Source: Squalus acanthias
Taxonomy: Eukaryota
Direction: 5' to 3'
Length of the DNA: 64,000 nucleotides
NCBI GenBank assembly: GCA_030390025.1
Contig: CM059425.1
Coordinates: 165,232,001 to 165,296,000 of the forward strand
Made by a program: the position numbers and the translations under genes. Below, piece after piece: positions 37,135 to 50,744 of the stretch. The notes under the pieces were generated by a model, which was given only the letters and a program-made list of their open reading frames with translations, was not told the origin of the DNA and did not search any database. Position 1 is the first letter of the stretch, and every line of letters begins with the position of its first letter.

Positions 37135-38803
37135 TGTAGAATTCGCAAAATTATCACGATTTTATAAATAAGAAGGAGACATATAGTTTCGTACAAACAG
37201 CTTTATTTCAGCAGAATGCTGTCAGGTTTTCAAAGTGGACACAAACAGCCTGTAAAATGGCCGCCACGCCTCGTGGCAGAACGTTCTAGACTTTCAATGA
37301 GCAGACAAGATGGCGTTCCAATAAACATTTATGCGAGATCGTACAAGACTCAGCACATTTGAGATAATTGACAAGACATAATGGGTTTGCATTTTATACA
37401 TAAATACTGGAATCGGTCTCCCAGGTGCGAATAAGGGCTATTGTACCGAGCGATCAAGAACCCATCCAAAGACATTAATATGCAAAATCCCCACGACTCT
37501 ACGATGAGAGAGCCGTTTGCGGGTAGTTACAGAAAACATTTGGAAGCCCCAAAACCCCTCCAGGGAGAATACTGACCGGTTCCACAATGGGAGAAGTATT
37601 AACGGGTACTCAGACAGTTACAAGTATCACCGAAACCCATTAAACGGAGATCACCCTATACAAGAAGTTTGAGCGCCAAAACCCTGACAAAAGAAAGACA
37701 TTAAGATTGGGCGGGAAAAGAGGAATTACAGCACTATAACTGTAAGGTACAACCGTCCATCTGTCTCTTGTTGCTCTTGCCTCTTGACTCCTTGCCGCTT
37801 GCCTCATGCCTCTGCCTCTTGCTGCTCGTGCTGTTTGACTTGCTGGAAGACTATTGAACTTTTATTCTCTTGCCTGACGGCTCTGGACTCTGATCCGCCA
37901 GGATCAACCTCGTGGCTTGCCGCGAAGATCTGTGTAGAACTGGGCTGTGAGGCCTTGAAACGGGCACACCATCCCGAGAAGTCGGTAAACGGTGTTGGAA
38001 CCGAAGGCCCGAGATGAGATGAGATGAGATGAGATGAGAAGAGAAGAAGACGACAATACGTATCGCCACGGTCAGTAAGCCCCGACCGCGCCTGTAAGTC
38101 GAATAAACACTTTTCCTTGCCCAGGAAGACCATTCTTCGAATTTTATCGCATCGGTGTAAGGACACAGGAAGACTCTTTTTTGAGTAGTGTCGGAACTCC
38201 GAGGACAACACAGATCTTCATGACAGCAGACGGTCCAGCCTGCTAGCCGGAGCAGAGACGAGTAAACAAGTGGGGTACAGAGACCCCTGATCAACACGTG
38301 GGTAGTCAGGTGCTGCAGGAAAAACATCCGAGCAGAGTTTCGGGATTCTCCGAGTTATCACGAGTGGTGAGCATGAGTCTCGATCCTACAAATCTAGTTT
38401 AGAACAGGTATTGATAGGGGAGGGTTTAAGTTTTAAGGATAATTGTAATGTGTGCCCCCTTTTACGATGTGTCGTGCGCTCCTCGTTTCCCTAAAATTAG
38501 TTACATAACTGCGTGTAAGATTGTACTGTCATTAATCTGTGCTTATGACATGTATTTCGTAATCTTGAATAATATGCAATAAAGATTTTTCCATTTCGCA
38601 CTATTCAACCGGGTCTACCTGAGTTTTCTCTGCATTATTGCTCTCGCACCTAAGTCCAGTGTCAGAACCGTAAGGGCGAGTGGGTCGAACCACTCACAGG
38701 TGTCTAGTGTTACCAGGCTGGCTGGAGACCAGAACAGGCAACAAGGCCTAACCTCGCACTAGCACCCAGGCTAAGCACAGAGCCACAGGTCTCACCCCTT
38801 ACA
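37135..38803 (+). repeat. 3' LTR (1669 bp)
   Basis: Near-identical copy of 29287-30944, preceded by a purine tract and followed by the TSD CTTG. Confidence 0.95.
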
Positions 38804-39354
38804 CTTGACCCCCTGGTTCACTCTTCCACCACCCCTACCACCTGCTTTCCTTCCTGTAGCACTTTCCCATGATAGCACCTCCCCATTCACCTCCTTCAAC
38901 ACCACTGTGCAGGGCCCCAAACCATCCTTCTGGATACTACACATTTACTTCCACTTCCTCCAAACTAGTATGCTATATTTGCTACTCATTGTGCAGTTTC
39001 CTTTACACTGCAGAGTCCAAATGCAGATTAGGTGTCCGCTTTACTGACACCTCTGTTCTGCCTTCAAGTTTGACCCTGAGCTCCTTGTCACTTACCACTT
39101 CAATTCCTCATTCCGTTTCCACTCTGACCACTCTATCTTTGCCCTTCTACACCATTCAAATGAAGCTCAAAGTAAACTCAAGGAACTGCACCCTATCTTT
39201 CTGCTAGTCAGTTTGCAGCCCTCCGATCTTAATATTGACTTTAATAACATTATACCTTAACTATAACTCGCATTTTATTTTTGTTAGGAAGTGTTGGCAG
39301 TGTGGGATGGGTGTGCTGGTGTTTCTAGGGATCAGGGTGAGGGAGCGGGAAATT

Positions 39355-40645
39355 TGTTGTCCTTTGTCCTTTATGACTGTGACAAAGGTAAACTATCCCT
39401 CCTCATCCTTCTTGACTTGTCTGCAGCCTTTGACACGGTTGACCACTCCACCTTCTCCAACGCCTCTCCACCGTCGTCCAGCTGGGTGGGACTGCCCTCA
39501 CCTGGTTCCATTCTTATCTATCTAATCGTAAGCAGAGAATCACCTGCAACGGCTTCTCTTCCCGTTCCCGCATCATTACCTCTGGTATCCCCCAAGGATC
39601 TATCCTTGGCCCCCTCCTATTTCTCATCTACATGTTGCCCCTTGGCGACATCATCCGAAAACACAGCATCAGTTTCCACATGTACGCTGACGACACCCAG
39701 CTCTACCTCACCACTAATTCTCTCGACCCCTCCGCGGTCTCTAAATTGTCAGACTGCTTGTCCGACATCCAGTTCTGGATGAGCAGAAATTTTCTCCAAT
39801 TAAATATTGGGAAGACTAAAGCCATTGTTTTCGGTCCCCGCCACAAACTCCGTTCCCTAGCCACTGACTTCATCCCTCTCCCTAACATCTGTCAGAGGCT
39901 GAACCACACTGTTCGCAACCTTGGTGTCATATTTGACCCTGAAATGAGCTTCCGACCACACATCTGCAGCATAACAAAGACCGCCTATTTCCACCTCCGT
40001 AACATCGCCCATCTCCACCCTTGCCTCTGCTCATCTGCTGCTGAAACCCTCATCCATGCCGTTGTTACCTCTAGAGTTGACTATTCCAACGCACTCCTGG
40101 CTGGCCTCCCACATTCTACCCTACGTAAACTTGAGATCATCCAAAACTTGGCTGCCCGTGTCCTAACTCGCACCAAGTCCCATTCGCTCATCACCCCTGT
40201 GCTCGCTGACCTACATTGGCTCCCGGTTAAGCAACGCCTCGATTTCAAAATTCTCATCCTTGTTTTCAAATCCCTCCATGGCCTCGCCCCTCCCTATCTC
40301 TGTAATCTCCTTCAGCCCCACAAACCCCCCGAGATATCTGCGCACCTCTAATTCAGCCCTCTTGAGCATCCCTGATTATAATCGCTCAACCATTGGTGGT
40401 CCTGCCTTCTGTTGCCTAGGCCTTAAGCTCTGGAATTCCCTGCCTAAACCGCTCCGCCTCGCTACCTCTCTTTCCTCCTTTAAGACGCTCCTTAAAACTT
40501 CCTCTTTGACCAAGCTTTTGGTCACCTGCCCTAATTTATCCTTATGTGGCTCAGTGTCAAATTTTGTCTTATAATACTCCTGTGCAACGCTTTGGGTGTT
40601 TTACTACTTTAAAGGCACTATATAAATACAAGTTGTTGTTGTTGT
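39355..40645 (+). mobile_element. L2 LINE 3' part
   Basis: LLDLSAAFDTVDH, HMYADDTQLY, LHWLPV and tail tataaatacaagttgttgttg. Confidence 0.9.
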
Positions 40646-40802
40646 TTGCCCAATATTTATTTTCTTATCGGGCTCCTGGCAGTGTTTCCATCTGTGCTGG
40701 GGAGCCTGCCATGGGGTGGAAAATCACTGTTGATACAAGACTTGGGTGACTACAGATGCAGCCATCTGGGCAAGAAAAGTGCGGGGCCTCGTAGCATACA
40801 AT

Positions 40803-41185
40803 GACAACTAATATAGCACCTTTAACATCGTAAAACATCCCAAGGGGCTTCACAGCAGCATTTAAAACAAAATTTGACACTGAGCCAGGTAAAGAGATAT
40901 TAGGACAAAAGCTTGGTCAAAGAGGTATGTTTTAAGGAGCATCTTAAAGGAGGAGAGAGAGGGAGAGAGGAGGAGAAGTTTAGGGAGGGAATTCCAGAGC
41001 TTATGGCCTGGTCCTAACTGAAGTCATGGCCAGCAATGGTGGAGCGATGAATATTTGGGATGTGCAAGATGCCAGAATTGGAGGAAAGCAGAGATCTTGG
41101 AGGGTTGTAGGCCTGGGGGAGGTTACAGATATAAGGAGGGGCAAGGCCATGGAGGAATTTGAAAACAAGGATGATAATTTTAATT
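40803..41185 (-). mobile_element. L2 3' fragment
   Basis: Inverted copy of the adjacent L2 3' end. Confidence 0.8.
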
Positions 41186-41362
41186 TTCATATAGGCAGAA
41201 TCTATTGCTGGGGAAGAGTGCATGGATCATCCTGTGTCATTGCCACCTTATTTGAATACACCCAACCATATTTAAGCGGTGCTATTTGTGTCCAGCAGGA
41301 AGCATGGTGGAAGATCACTATAGGCTGCATTTAGCAGTAAGGAGAAGCTACCCAATTTTACG

Positions 41363-41734
41363 CAGCCACTTTGGCTCACTTGGTAGCACACTTTCCTCTG
41401 ATTAAAAGGTTGTGATTTCAAGCACCACTCCAGGACCTCAGCACATAATCTACTTTGACACTTCAGTGCAGTACTGATGAGTGCTGCATTATTGGAGGTG
41501 CCATTTTTTTGATGAGAGGTTAAACCAAGGCCCTGTCTGCCACTTCAGGGTAGATGTGAAAGATCCCATTGCACTTTTTTGAAGAAGAGCATTGAGTTTT
41601 CCTGGTATCCTGCCCAACATTCATTCCCTCAATAAATATCACCAAAGCAGATTAGCTGGGCATTCATCTCAATGCTGTTTGTGGGACCTTCCTATGCACA
41701 AATTGGCTGCCGCTTATGCCTACAAAATAACAGT
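41363..41734 (+). mobile_element. Deu-domain SINE 5' part (tail displaced to 47316-47405)
   Basis: Same head and core. The sequence resumes after the Harbinger insertion with cttcaaaagtaattcactggctg...tataaattcaagttc. Confidence 0.75.
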
Positions 41735-42505
41735 GGTCGGAATTTTGCCTACCTCGGCGGGTCCGGTGCGGGCGATGTCCGTGGCGGGTCGCGACCCCAC
41801 TGCTGGCTCCATCCCGTTGTTGAAAATGAACTTACCTTAATGGGGCCTATTAAGCCCACCCAGCGTGTTACCCAGCCCAATGAGAGGGTATGGTGATGTA
41901 ATTCATGACGTGTTTTCAGCCGGGATCTTTAAAGGGGCCATGGCCACATTATATTTGAAATTTAATCTAACATAGTGCTGACAGTGCACTACAGCATTGG
42001 AGTGCTGCAAACACTGACAATGACTGCACATAGGCAGAGGGTTGCACCCAAGTTCTCTGATGACTCCCTCCATATGGAGGGAGTCAAAGCCCGCAGGGAG
42101 GTCCTCTTCCCTTCCGATGGGTGGAAGAGACCTCCCCAGGAGACCAAGACAGCCTGGTTGCAAATTGCAGAGGAGCTCACAAGCAGGGATGTGGTCAGGA
42201 GAGCCTGGATGCAGTGCCGCAAATGTTTCAATGATTTCATTAGATCAGGAAATGTTAGTACAAAGCCACACTCAACTTCATTCTGCTGTGCCTCTCATCA
42301 CATCCCCATCACTCTGCCTTCCCAACCCTACTCCTGCACATCCTTACTCACACCAACATACTTGCACCTCCACCCATTCCTCTCTATCTGTATTATCACA
42401 TCCCCATCTCACTAGCCATCTCTCACACTCACCCTCATCCTAGTGCAATCATACCAACTAAAAACACACAATGGTAGCCACTTGGGTGTTTTATCCAAAG
42501 TTTAT

Positions 42506-45190
42506 GCATAGGATTACATAGGATAAACGGCACAGAAACAGGCCAACCAGTTTATGCTCCACTCGAGCCTCCTCCATCTTTCCTCATCTAAATCTATCAG
42601 CATAACCGTCTATTCCCTTCTCCCTCATATGTTTGTCCAGCCTCCCCTTAAATGCATCGATACTATTCGCTTCAACCACTCCCTGTGGTAGCGAGTTCCA
42701 CATTCTCACCACTCTTTGGGTAAAGAAGTTTCTTCTGAGTTCCCTGTTGGATTTCTTGGTGACTATCTTATATTGATGGCCTCTAGTTATGCTCTTCCCC
42801 GCAAGTAGAAACTTACTCTCTGTATCTACTCTGTCAAAACCTTTCATAATTTAAAGACCTCTATTAGGTCACCCCTCAGCCTTCTTTTTTCAAGAAAAAA
42901 GAGACCCAGCCTGTTCATCCTTTCCTGATATGTATACCCTCGCATTTCTGGTATCACCCTTGTAAATCTTCTCTGCACCCTCTCCAGTGCTGCTATATCC
43001 TTTTTATAATATGGCGCCCAGTACTCCAAGTGTGGTCTAACCAAGGTTCGATACAGGTTTAGCATAACTTCCCTACTTTTCAATTCAATCCCTCTGGAAA
43101 TAAACCCTAGTGCTTGGTTTGTATTTTTAATGGCCTTGCTAACCTGTGGCGCAACTTTTAGTGATTTGTGTATTTGTACTCCTAGATCCCTTTGTTACTC
43201 TACCCCACCTAGACTCGCACCCTCCAATTGATAAGTGACCTCTCTATTCTTCCTACCAAAATGTAATACCTCACATTTGTCTGTGTTGAACTTCATTTGT
43301 CAATTATTTGCCCATTCTGCAAGTTTATTAATGTCCTCCTGTAATTTGTTGCAGTCCTCCTCAGTATTGATTATCCCCCCCAATTTGGTATCATCCGCAA
43401 ATTTAGAAATTGTGTTTTTGATTCCAAAGTCTAAATCGTTAATATAAATTGTGAACAGCAGTGGTCCCAGCACTGATCCTTGTGGAACACCACTACCCAC
43501 CTTCTGCCACTGTGAATAGCTACCCTTTACTCCCACTCTCTGCTTTCTGTCTTGAAGCCAGCTAGAAATCCATTCTGCTACTTGTCCCCTGACTCCACAT
43601 TCTCTGACCTTGTTCATCTGTCTATTATGGGGTTCCTTATCGAAGGCCTTTTGAAAATCTAGATAAATTACATCTATTGCATTACCATTGTCTACTCTCT
43701 CTGTTACCTCTTCAAAAAATTCAATAATGGTGGTCAAGCAAGATTTTCCCTTTTGAAATCTATGTTGACTATTCATTATTATGTTTTTGGTTTCTAGATG
43801 TTCTTCTATTTTCTCCTTCATTAGGGATTCCATTATTTTTCCTACCACCGATGTTCAGCTGACTGCTCTATAATTACCTGGACATGTTCTATCCCCCTTC
43901 TTAAATATCGGTATTACGTTAGTTATCCGCTAGTCCTCTGGCACTCTACCTTTTATTATTAAATATGTGTAGTAATGCCTCTGCTATCTCTTCCCTAGAT
44001 TCTTTTAAAATGCGTGGATGCAATCCATCTGGACCAGGGGTTTTATCCTCTTTGAGTTTGATTAGTTTATTTAATATATCCCCTTTTTATTTTAAATGCA
44101 CTTATCTCATTACTCATCTCATCATCCAATGGCATGTCCACCTGTTCTATCTCCCTGGTAAATACCGAAGCGAAATAATGATTTAATATTTCTGCCATCT
44201 ACCTAATGTTACCTGTGGTATTGTCCTGTCCGTCCCTTAATGGCCCTATTCCCATCCCAACCTTCCTTTTTTTATTGATGTGTCTATAAAATATTTTACT
44301 ATTTTGTTTTATGTTCCTTGATAATTTAATTTCATAGTTCCTCTTTGCCTTCCTAACTGTTTTTTTTTACTTCTCTCCTAATCCTTTCGTATTCTCTCTT
44401 ATCATACACTCCTCTGCTGTCTATGTAGTTAATGTATGCCTCTTTCCATACCCCCAGTTGTTTCCTTATGTCTTTATTCATCCATGGAGTCTCATTAGTG
44501 TTTAGTTTGTTTTTCCTTTTAGTGGAATATATTTTTCCTGCACTCTATTGAACACCATTTTAAATGTTTCCCATTGCTGTTCTACATCGTTGTTTGCCAA
44601 TATTGTTGCCCATTTTATCATCCCAAATTCTATTCTCAGCCCCTCAAAATCAGCTTTTCTCCAATCTATTAACTTGGTTTTTGTCATTCTTATATCCTTC
44701 TCTATTGTCATCTTAAAGCGTATTATATTATGGTCACTATTGCCTATATGTTCTCCTACTTATACTTTCCTTATCTGCTCTGGCTCATTCCCCATAACTA
44801 GATCCAATAGCGAATCCTCTCTTGTTGGGGTTTTTACATATTGGTTTAGAAAGGAGTCCTGTACACATTGTAGGAACTCTATTCCCTTATCCCCTGTACC
44901 TACCTCTTCTGTCCAATTAATATCAGGGTAGTTGAAATCCCCCATGATTATTATTCTATGTTTTTTACTCATTTCTCTAATTTGTCTGTATAGTTCTTCC
45001 TCCACCTCCCTTCCACTATTAGGTGGTCTGTAGACTACACCTATTAGTGTGATTGATCCTTTATTAACTTTTATCTCTATCTATATATATTCTATTTTTG
45101 TCTTGCTGTTATCTACATCCCTTTTTTCTACTGCCATTATGTTATCCCTAATAAATACAACTATTCCACCTTCCCTTTTTTCCTCCATTC
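42506..45190 (-). mobile_element. Degraded CR1 LINE ORF2 and 3' end
   Basis: Fragments containing GDFNYP, YLDFQKAFD, GVPQGSVLGP, KFADD and FFTQRVVRMWNSLP. Confidence 0.9.
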
Positions 45191-45217
45191 CACAAAAAGC
45201 AAAGTTTCTGTTAATGT

Positions 45218-46328
45218 GGGGCTGGATTTTCCCTGCGGAGGTGGGATGGCGGCAGGAGAGCTGGATGACGGGTTCCATAGATTGGCCTTGTTAAGCCCGC
45301 CCTGTGGGGTTCCTGGCCAATTAACAGGAAGCGGATCTGATGACGTCATTTGATGATGCGTCATCAGCCGGTTTCCTTAAAGGGACCATGGCCATGTTGA
45401 TTTTAACAGTTGTGCTCTCAGTGTTCTACAGCATTGAGGTGCTGCAAACACTGACAAGCACTGCACAAAGGTGCACATCTGCACCCAGGCTCATGCATGA
45501 CTCCCTCCATATGCTTATGGAGGGAGTCACAGCACGCAGGGAGATTCTCTTCCCTTCCCATGGGCGGAAGAGATCTCCCCAGGAGATCAACGCAGTCTGG
45601 TTGCACATTGCACAGGAGGAGACAAGCAGGGATGTCGTCAGGAGGACCAGGCTGCAGTGGCGTCAACCTTTCAATGATCTCAGTAGATCACGAAACGTTA
45701 CTGCAGAGCCACACTCAAACTCACCCTGCTGTGCCACTCAACACATCCCCATCACTCTGCCTTCCCTACCCTACTCCTGCACATCCTTACTCACACCAAC
45801 TTACCTTGCACCTCCACCCATCCCTCTCTATCTACATTATAACTTCCCCATCTCACTAGCCACCCCTCACACACACCCTCATCCTACTGCAAGCATACCA
45901 ACTAACAACACACAAGGGTAGGCACTTGAGAGGTTTAGCCAATGTCCCTGTGAAGTTTCTGATAATGTGTTGTCATACAGTGAAATCTATATTTTCAACA
46001 CTGCTTCTTATTGGACAGATCTGTGCGCACCTTGAGAAGTGTCTTACTGAGTTCCAGTGAATGTTGAGACATAACTTCCCTACCCCCCCCCTCTATAGTA
46101 ATGAGTATGAATGGAATGGCTTGGACATTATAGGGATGCTTCACGGTGCTAAATTGTCTCCCCTGCCACTTGATGTCAGGTCAGTTCTGCACAGACAGTC
46201 CTGACACCTGGGAGACTCGCGTAGAGGCGGGTTGACAACGGGTTTCCGACCCGCTGTCAATCTTTGCTATTTTGACAGTGGACCCGCCTCCAAACCCGCA
46301 CTCTGTGAGCGCTGGCAAAATCCAGCCC
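45218..46328. mobile_element. Non-autonomous Harbinger element
   Basis: GGGCTGGATTTT...AAAATCCAGCCC TIRs and a Myb/SANT remnant at 45460-45700. Confidence 0.75.
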
Positions 46329-47679
46329 ATGGTGTCAAAACATAAAAATCTTTATTTTCAGATTTGTGTGCACCTTTGGAAATGGCTTAGTGAGTTGCAG
46401 TGAATGGTGAGACATAATGGTACCCCCCGCAATGGTGATGAGTGTGAAAGGAATGGCTTGGTCATTGTAGGGTGTTGGTGTGGCATGGTGCCAACCTGGC
46501 GCATCACGTGGCAGCCATATGGGTGCACAGCATCAAGTTAACTAAATCTGGCCATGATGAGGCCATCCCGGGCAGCAATGTGCTTGGGTGCTGAAGACCT
46601 CTGTCCTGTACAGCATCAGGTGATTGCAGAGAAGGTTGGTGTTGTTGTTGGTGCTGCTGGTGTGCCTGATGATGCTGGTGTTGGGGCTCATCGTGGTCAG
46701 ATTCTGAGGACTAAGGTGAGACAGTATAAACAGTACCCATGTTGATGGAATAGATGGTAGGTAAAGCAGAGATGACAGAAGCATTCTGTCAATGGTGAGA
46801 GAGGTTCTTACAATGAGGTGACACTGGATGGAGACTTTGCTTGAAAGACTTGCAGCCTGCAGAAAGCTCAATCTGTGTTGCAACTGCAGTGAGAAACAGC
46901 TTCTGCCTGAGGAAAGTGATCAGCTGTCAGGTGGGAGCTTTTATAGTACATTTCATCCTGTCAACTAATCAGCTGGAGCAATGGACACTCAACTCCTGCT
47001 GGAGCAATGGACACTCAACTCCTGCCTCAGGTATACAGACGTGCTTCCCGAGCAGCGTGGTCCCTGTGGGCATCCAGTTAAATTTAAAAGGTAAGATTAA
47101 AAACACTCTTAAGAGTCTGACAACAAGCTACTAATTGTTTAAATTGGGTCGCCCGCCTCTGCCGGTCGGGTCGGGTCCGCAATGACAGACGCGCCTGGGG
47201 GAAAGATGCGTGGGAGTGAGATGACAGCGGGTTCCAGACCTGCTGTCAAAAATAACAACTTTCCCACCCGACCCGCCACTGATCGCGCCCACTACCACCC
47301 TGGAAAATTCCGGCCAATGACTTCAAAAGTAATTCACTGGCTGTGAGGTGCCTTGAGCAGTCCTGAGGATGTGAAAGGCACGATATAAATTCAAGTTCTT
47401 TCTTTATTCTGTTGGGCCATTTTCTGTGACTGAATCTGGTTTTTAACTCCATATGTAGCATGATCAAAAGAAGTAAGCCAATATCAAGATACATTGTAGA
47501 CAAAAATACTGGTGGCTGAAATTCCATGCAGATCATACAAGATGTAAAGGCATAAAAACAGTATTGCTGGCCCACTTCTTTAGTCATGATTTTAATATAA
47601 TGGTGTGCGGTATCTGTAACTGGAAATTTCTGTTCATGGGAATAGCCTATCACAAGAGATTTTATTCTCAGTTATAATA

Positions 47680-48380
47680 ACAACAACATGCATTTGTATA
47701 GCACCTTAATGTAGAAAAATGTCCAAGACACTTCATGGAGTTGTGAGGAAAATAAACACCAATCAATAGAGGGAGAGATTGGTCAAAGAGGGTCTTAAAG
47801 GAGGAGAGGGAGGTGGAGGAGTTTGGGGGAAGGATTTCTGGAGAGGGATCTTAGGTGGCATGGCCACCAATGCTGGGGTGAAGGTAGAGGTGGATGCACA
47901 AAAATCTGGAGTCAGAGGAACGGAAAGTTCAGGTGGGGATATTGTAGGGTTGGAGGAGGTTATGGATATAGGGAGGGGCGAGGCCATGGAGGGACTTAAA
48001 GACAAGGACAATGTTTTTATGTTTGAGGCAGTGGAGGAATGGAAGCCAATGATGTTCAACAAGGAGGAAGATGATGGGCCAGTCTGCGCCTGGGGAGAGG
48101 AATGGAGTCAGTGGCGAGGGAGCAGAGCTTGTGATCGAGTTTTCCAATGTTTATCTAGAGGAAATTGAAACTCATCCAAGAGTGGATGTAAGACTTACAC
48201 CCTGACAGTACAGAGGCTGTGGATGGTTGAGAGCGGTGATGGAGATGTAGAGCTGGGTGTCATCAGCCTGCATATGAAAGCTAACCATTTTCTGTAGTTG
48301 TTGTTGCCAAGGGGCAGCATGTAAATGTGGAAGAAAAAGGAGCCAAAGACAGATCCATGGGGGACCTCCAGAGGTGATGT
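47680..48380 (-). mobile_element. Old L2 fragment
   Basis: HWLP..VFKSLHGLAPPY and a degenerate YADDTQLY at ~48250-48275. Confidence 0.7.
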
Positions 48381-48403
48381 TGCATGGTTGGGAAGTAAAG
48401 CTA

Positions 48404-50740
48404 TTTTTTTTTAAATTCGTTTATGGGATGTGGGCGTCGCTGGCAAGGCCAGCATTTATTGCCCATCCCTTATTGCCCTTGAAAAGGTGGTGGTGAGCCA
48501 CCTTCTTGACCCACTGCAGTCTGTGTGGTGAAGGTACTCCCACAGTGCTGTTAGGGAGGGAGTTCCAGGATTTTGACCCAGCGACGATGAAGGATCAGCA
48601 ATATACTTCTAAGTCAGGATGGTGTGTGACTTGGAGGGGAACTTGGAGGTGGTGATGTTCCCATGCGCCTGCTGCCCTTGTCCTTCTAGGTTTGGGAGGT
48701 GCTGCTGAAGAAGCCTTGGTGAGTTGCTGTAGTACATCTTGTAGATGGTACACACTGTAGCCACGGTACGCCGGTTGTGGAGGGAGTGAATGTTTAAGGT
48801 GCTGGATGGGGTGCCAATCAAGCGGGCTGCTTTGTCCCGGATGGTTTCGAGCTTCTTGAGTGTTGCTGGAGCTGCACTCATCCAGGCAAGTGGAGAGTAT
48901 TCCATCACACTCCTTACTTGTGCCTTGTAGATGGTGGAAAGGCTTTGGGGAGTCAGGAGGTGAGACACTCGCCACAGAATCCCTAGCCTCTAACCTGCTC
49001 TTGTTGCCACAGTATTTATGTGGCTTGTCCAGTTAAGTTTCTGGTCAATGGTGACCCCCAGGATGTTGATGGTGGGGATTCGGCGATGGTAATGCCGTTG
49101 AATGTCAAGGGGCGGTGGTTAGACTCTCGCTTGTTGGAGATAGTCATTGCCTGGCACTTGTGTGGCGTGAATGTTACCTGCCACTTATCAGCCCAAGCCT
49201 GAACGTCGTCCAGGTCTTGTTGCATGCGGGCATGGATTGCTTCATTATCTGAGGAGTTGTGAATGGCACTGAACACTGTGCAGTCATCAGCAAACATCCC
49301 CATTTCTGACCTTATGTTGGAGGGAAGGTCATTGATGAAGCAGCTGAAGATGGTTGGGCCTAGGACACTGCCCTGAGAAACTCCTGCAGCGATGTCCTGG
49401 GGCTGTGATTATTGACCTTCAACCACCACAACCATCTTCCTTTGAGCTAGGTATGACTCCAGCCAGTGGAGAGTTTTCCCCCCGATTCCCATTGACTTCA
49501 GTTTTACTGGGGCTCCTTGATGCCACACTCGGTCAAATGCTGCCTTGATGTCAAGGGCAGTCACTCTCACCTCACCTCTGGAATTAAGCTCCTTTGTCCA
49601 TGTTTGGACCAAGGCTGTAATGAGGTCGGGAGCTGAGAGGTCTTGGCGGATCCCAAACTGGGCATCAGTGAGCAGGTTATTGGTGAGTAAGTGCTGCTTG
49701 ATAGCACTGTCGATGACACCTTCCATCACTTTGCTGATGATTGAGAGCAGACTGATGGGGCGGTAATTGGCTGGATTGGATTTGTCCTGCTTTTTGTGGA
49801 CAGGACATACCTGGGCAGTTTTCCACATTGTCGGATAGATGCCAGTGTTGTAGCTGTACTGGAACAGCTTGGCTAGAGGTGTGGCTAGTTCTGGAGCACA
49901 AGTCTTCAGCACGCTAGCTGGGATGTTGTCGGGGCCCATAGCTTCTGCTGTATCCAGTGCGCTCAGCTGTTTCTTGATATCACGTGGAGTGAATCGATTT
50001 GGCTGAAGACTGGCTTCTGTGATGGTGGGGACCTCAGGAGTAGACCGATATAGATCATCCACTTGGCACTTCTGGCTGAAGATGGTTGCAAATGCTTTAG
50101 CCTTGTCTTTTGCACTCATGTGCTGGGCTCCACCATCATTGAGGATGGGGATATTCATGGAGCCTCCTCCTCCCGTTAGTTGTTTAATTGTCCACCACCA
50201 TTCACGACTTGATGTGGCAGGACTGCAGAGCTTTGATCTGATCCATTGATTGTGGGATCACTTAGCCCTGTCTATAGCATGCTGCTTCTGCTTTTTAACA
50301 TGTATGTAGTCCTGTGTTGCAGCTTCCCCAGGTTGGCAGCTCATTTTTAGGTACACCTGGTTCTGCTCCTGGCATGCTCTTCTACACTCCTTATTGAACC
50401 AGGGTTGGTCCCCTGGCTTGATGGTAATGGTAGAGTGAGGGATATGCCGGGCCATGAGGTTACAGATTGTGGTGGAATGCTGATGGCCCACAGTGCCTCA
50501 TGGATGCCCAGTCTTGAGCTGCTAGATCTGTTCTGAATCTATCCCATTTAGCACGGTGGTAGTGCCACACAGCACGATGGAGGGTGTCCTCAGTGTGAAG
50601 ATGGGACTTCTTCTCCACAATGACTGTGCGGTGGTCACTGCTACCAATACTGTCATGGACAGATGCATCTGCGACAGGTAGGTTGGTGAGGACGAGGTCA
50701 AGTAGGTTTTTCCCTCGTGTTGGTTTTCTCACCACCTCTC
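48404..50740 (-). mobile_element. LINE of the same family as 12637-14378
   Basis: SDH, NYRPISLL, LDIKAAFDRVWH, MFADDC, YKAQVRSVMEY. Confidence 0.88.
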
Positions 50741-50744
50741 GCAG

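Larger units (their letters stand above)
29287..38803 (+). mobile_element. Endogenous retrovirus-like LTR element (gag + pol-less readthrough ORF + env), non-autonomous
   Basis: Direct repeats at 29287-30944 and 37135-38803 both start TGTAGAATTC and end CCCCTTACA. CTTG is duplicated at 29283-29286 and 38804-38807. PBS, PPT, gag and env ORFs lie inside. Confidence 0.95.
28895..39245 (+). mobile_element. Old Penelope-like element split by the LTR element (28895-29286 + 38804-39245)
   Basis: Left part reads like STDIYYKPTDS...IPFSQFL..ICSNDATF (PLE RT C-terminus). Right part reads like FTSTSSKLVCYIC..C..LYTAESKCRLGVRF (degenerate GIY-YIG). Confidence 0.7.
41735..47315. mobile_element. Non-autonomous Harbinger element carrying a nested CR1 and a second Harbinger
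   Basis: GGTCGGAATTTT...AAAATTCCGGCC termini. Myb/SANT remnant 42020-42255 (APKFSDDSL...WMQCRKCFNDF). Confidence 0.75.
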
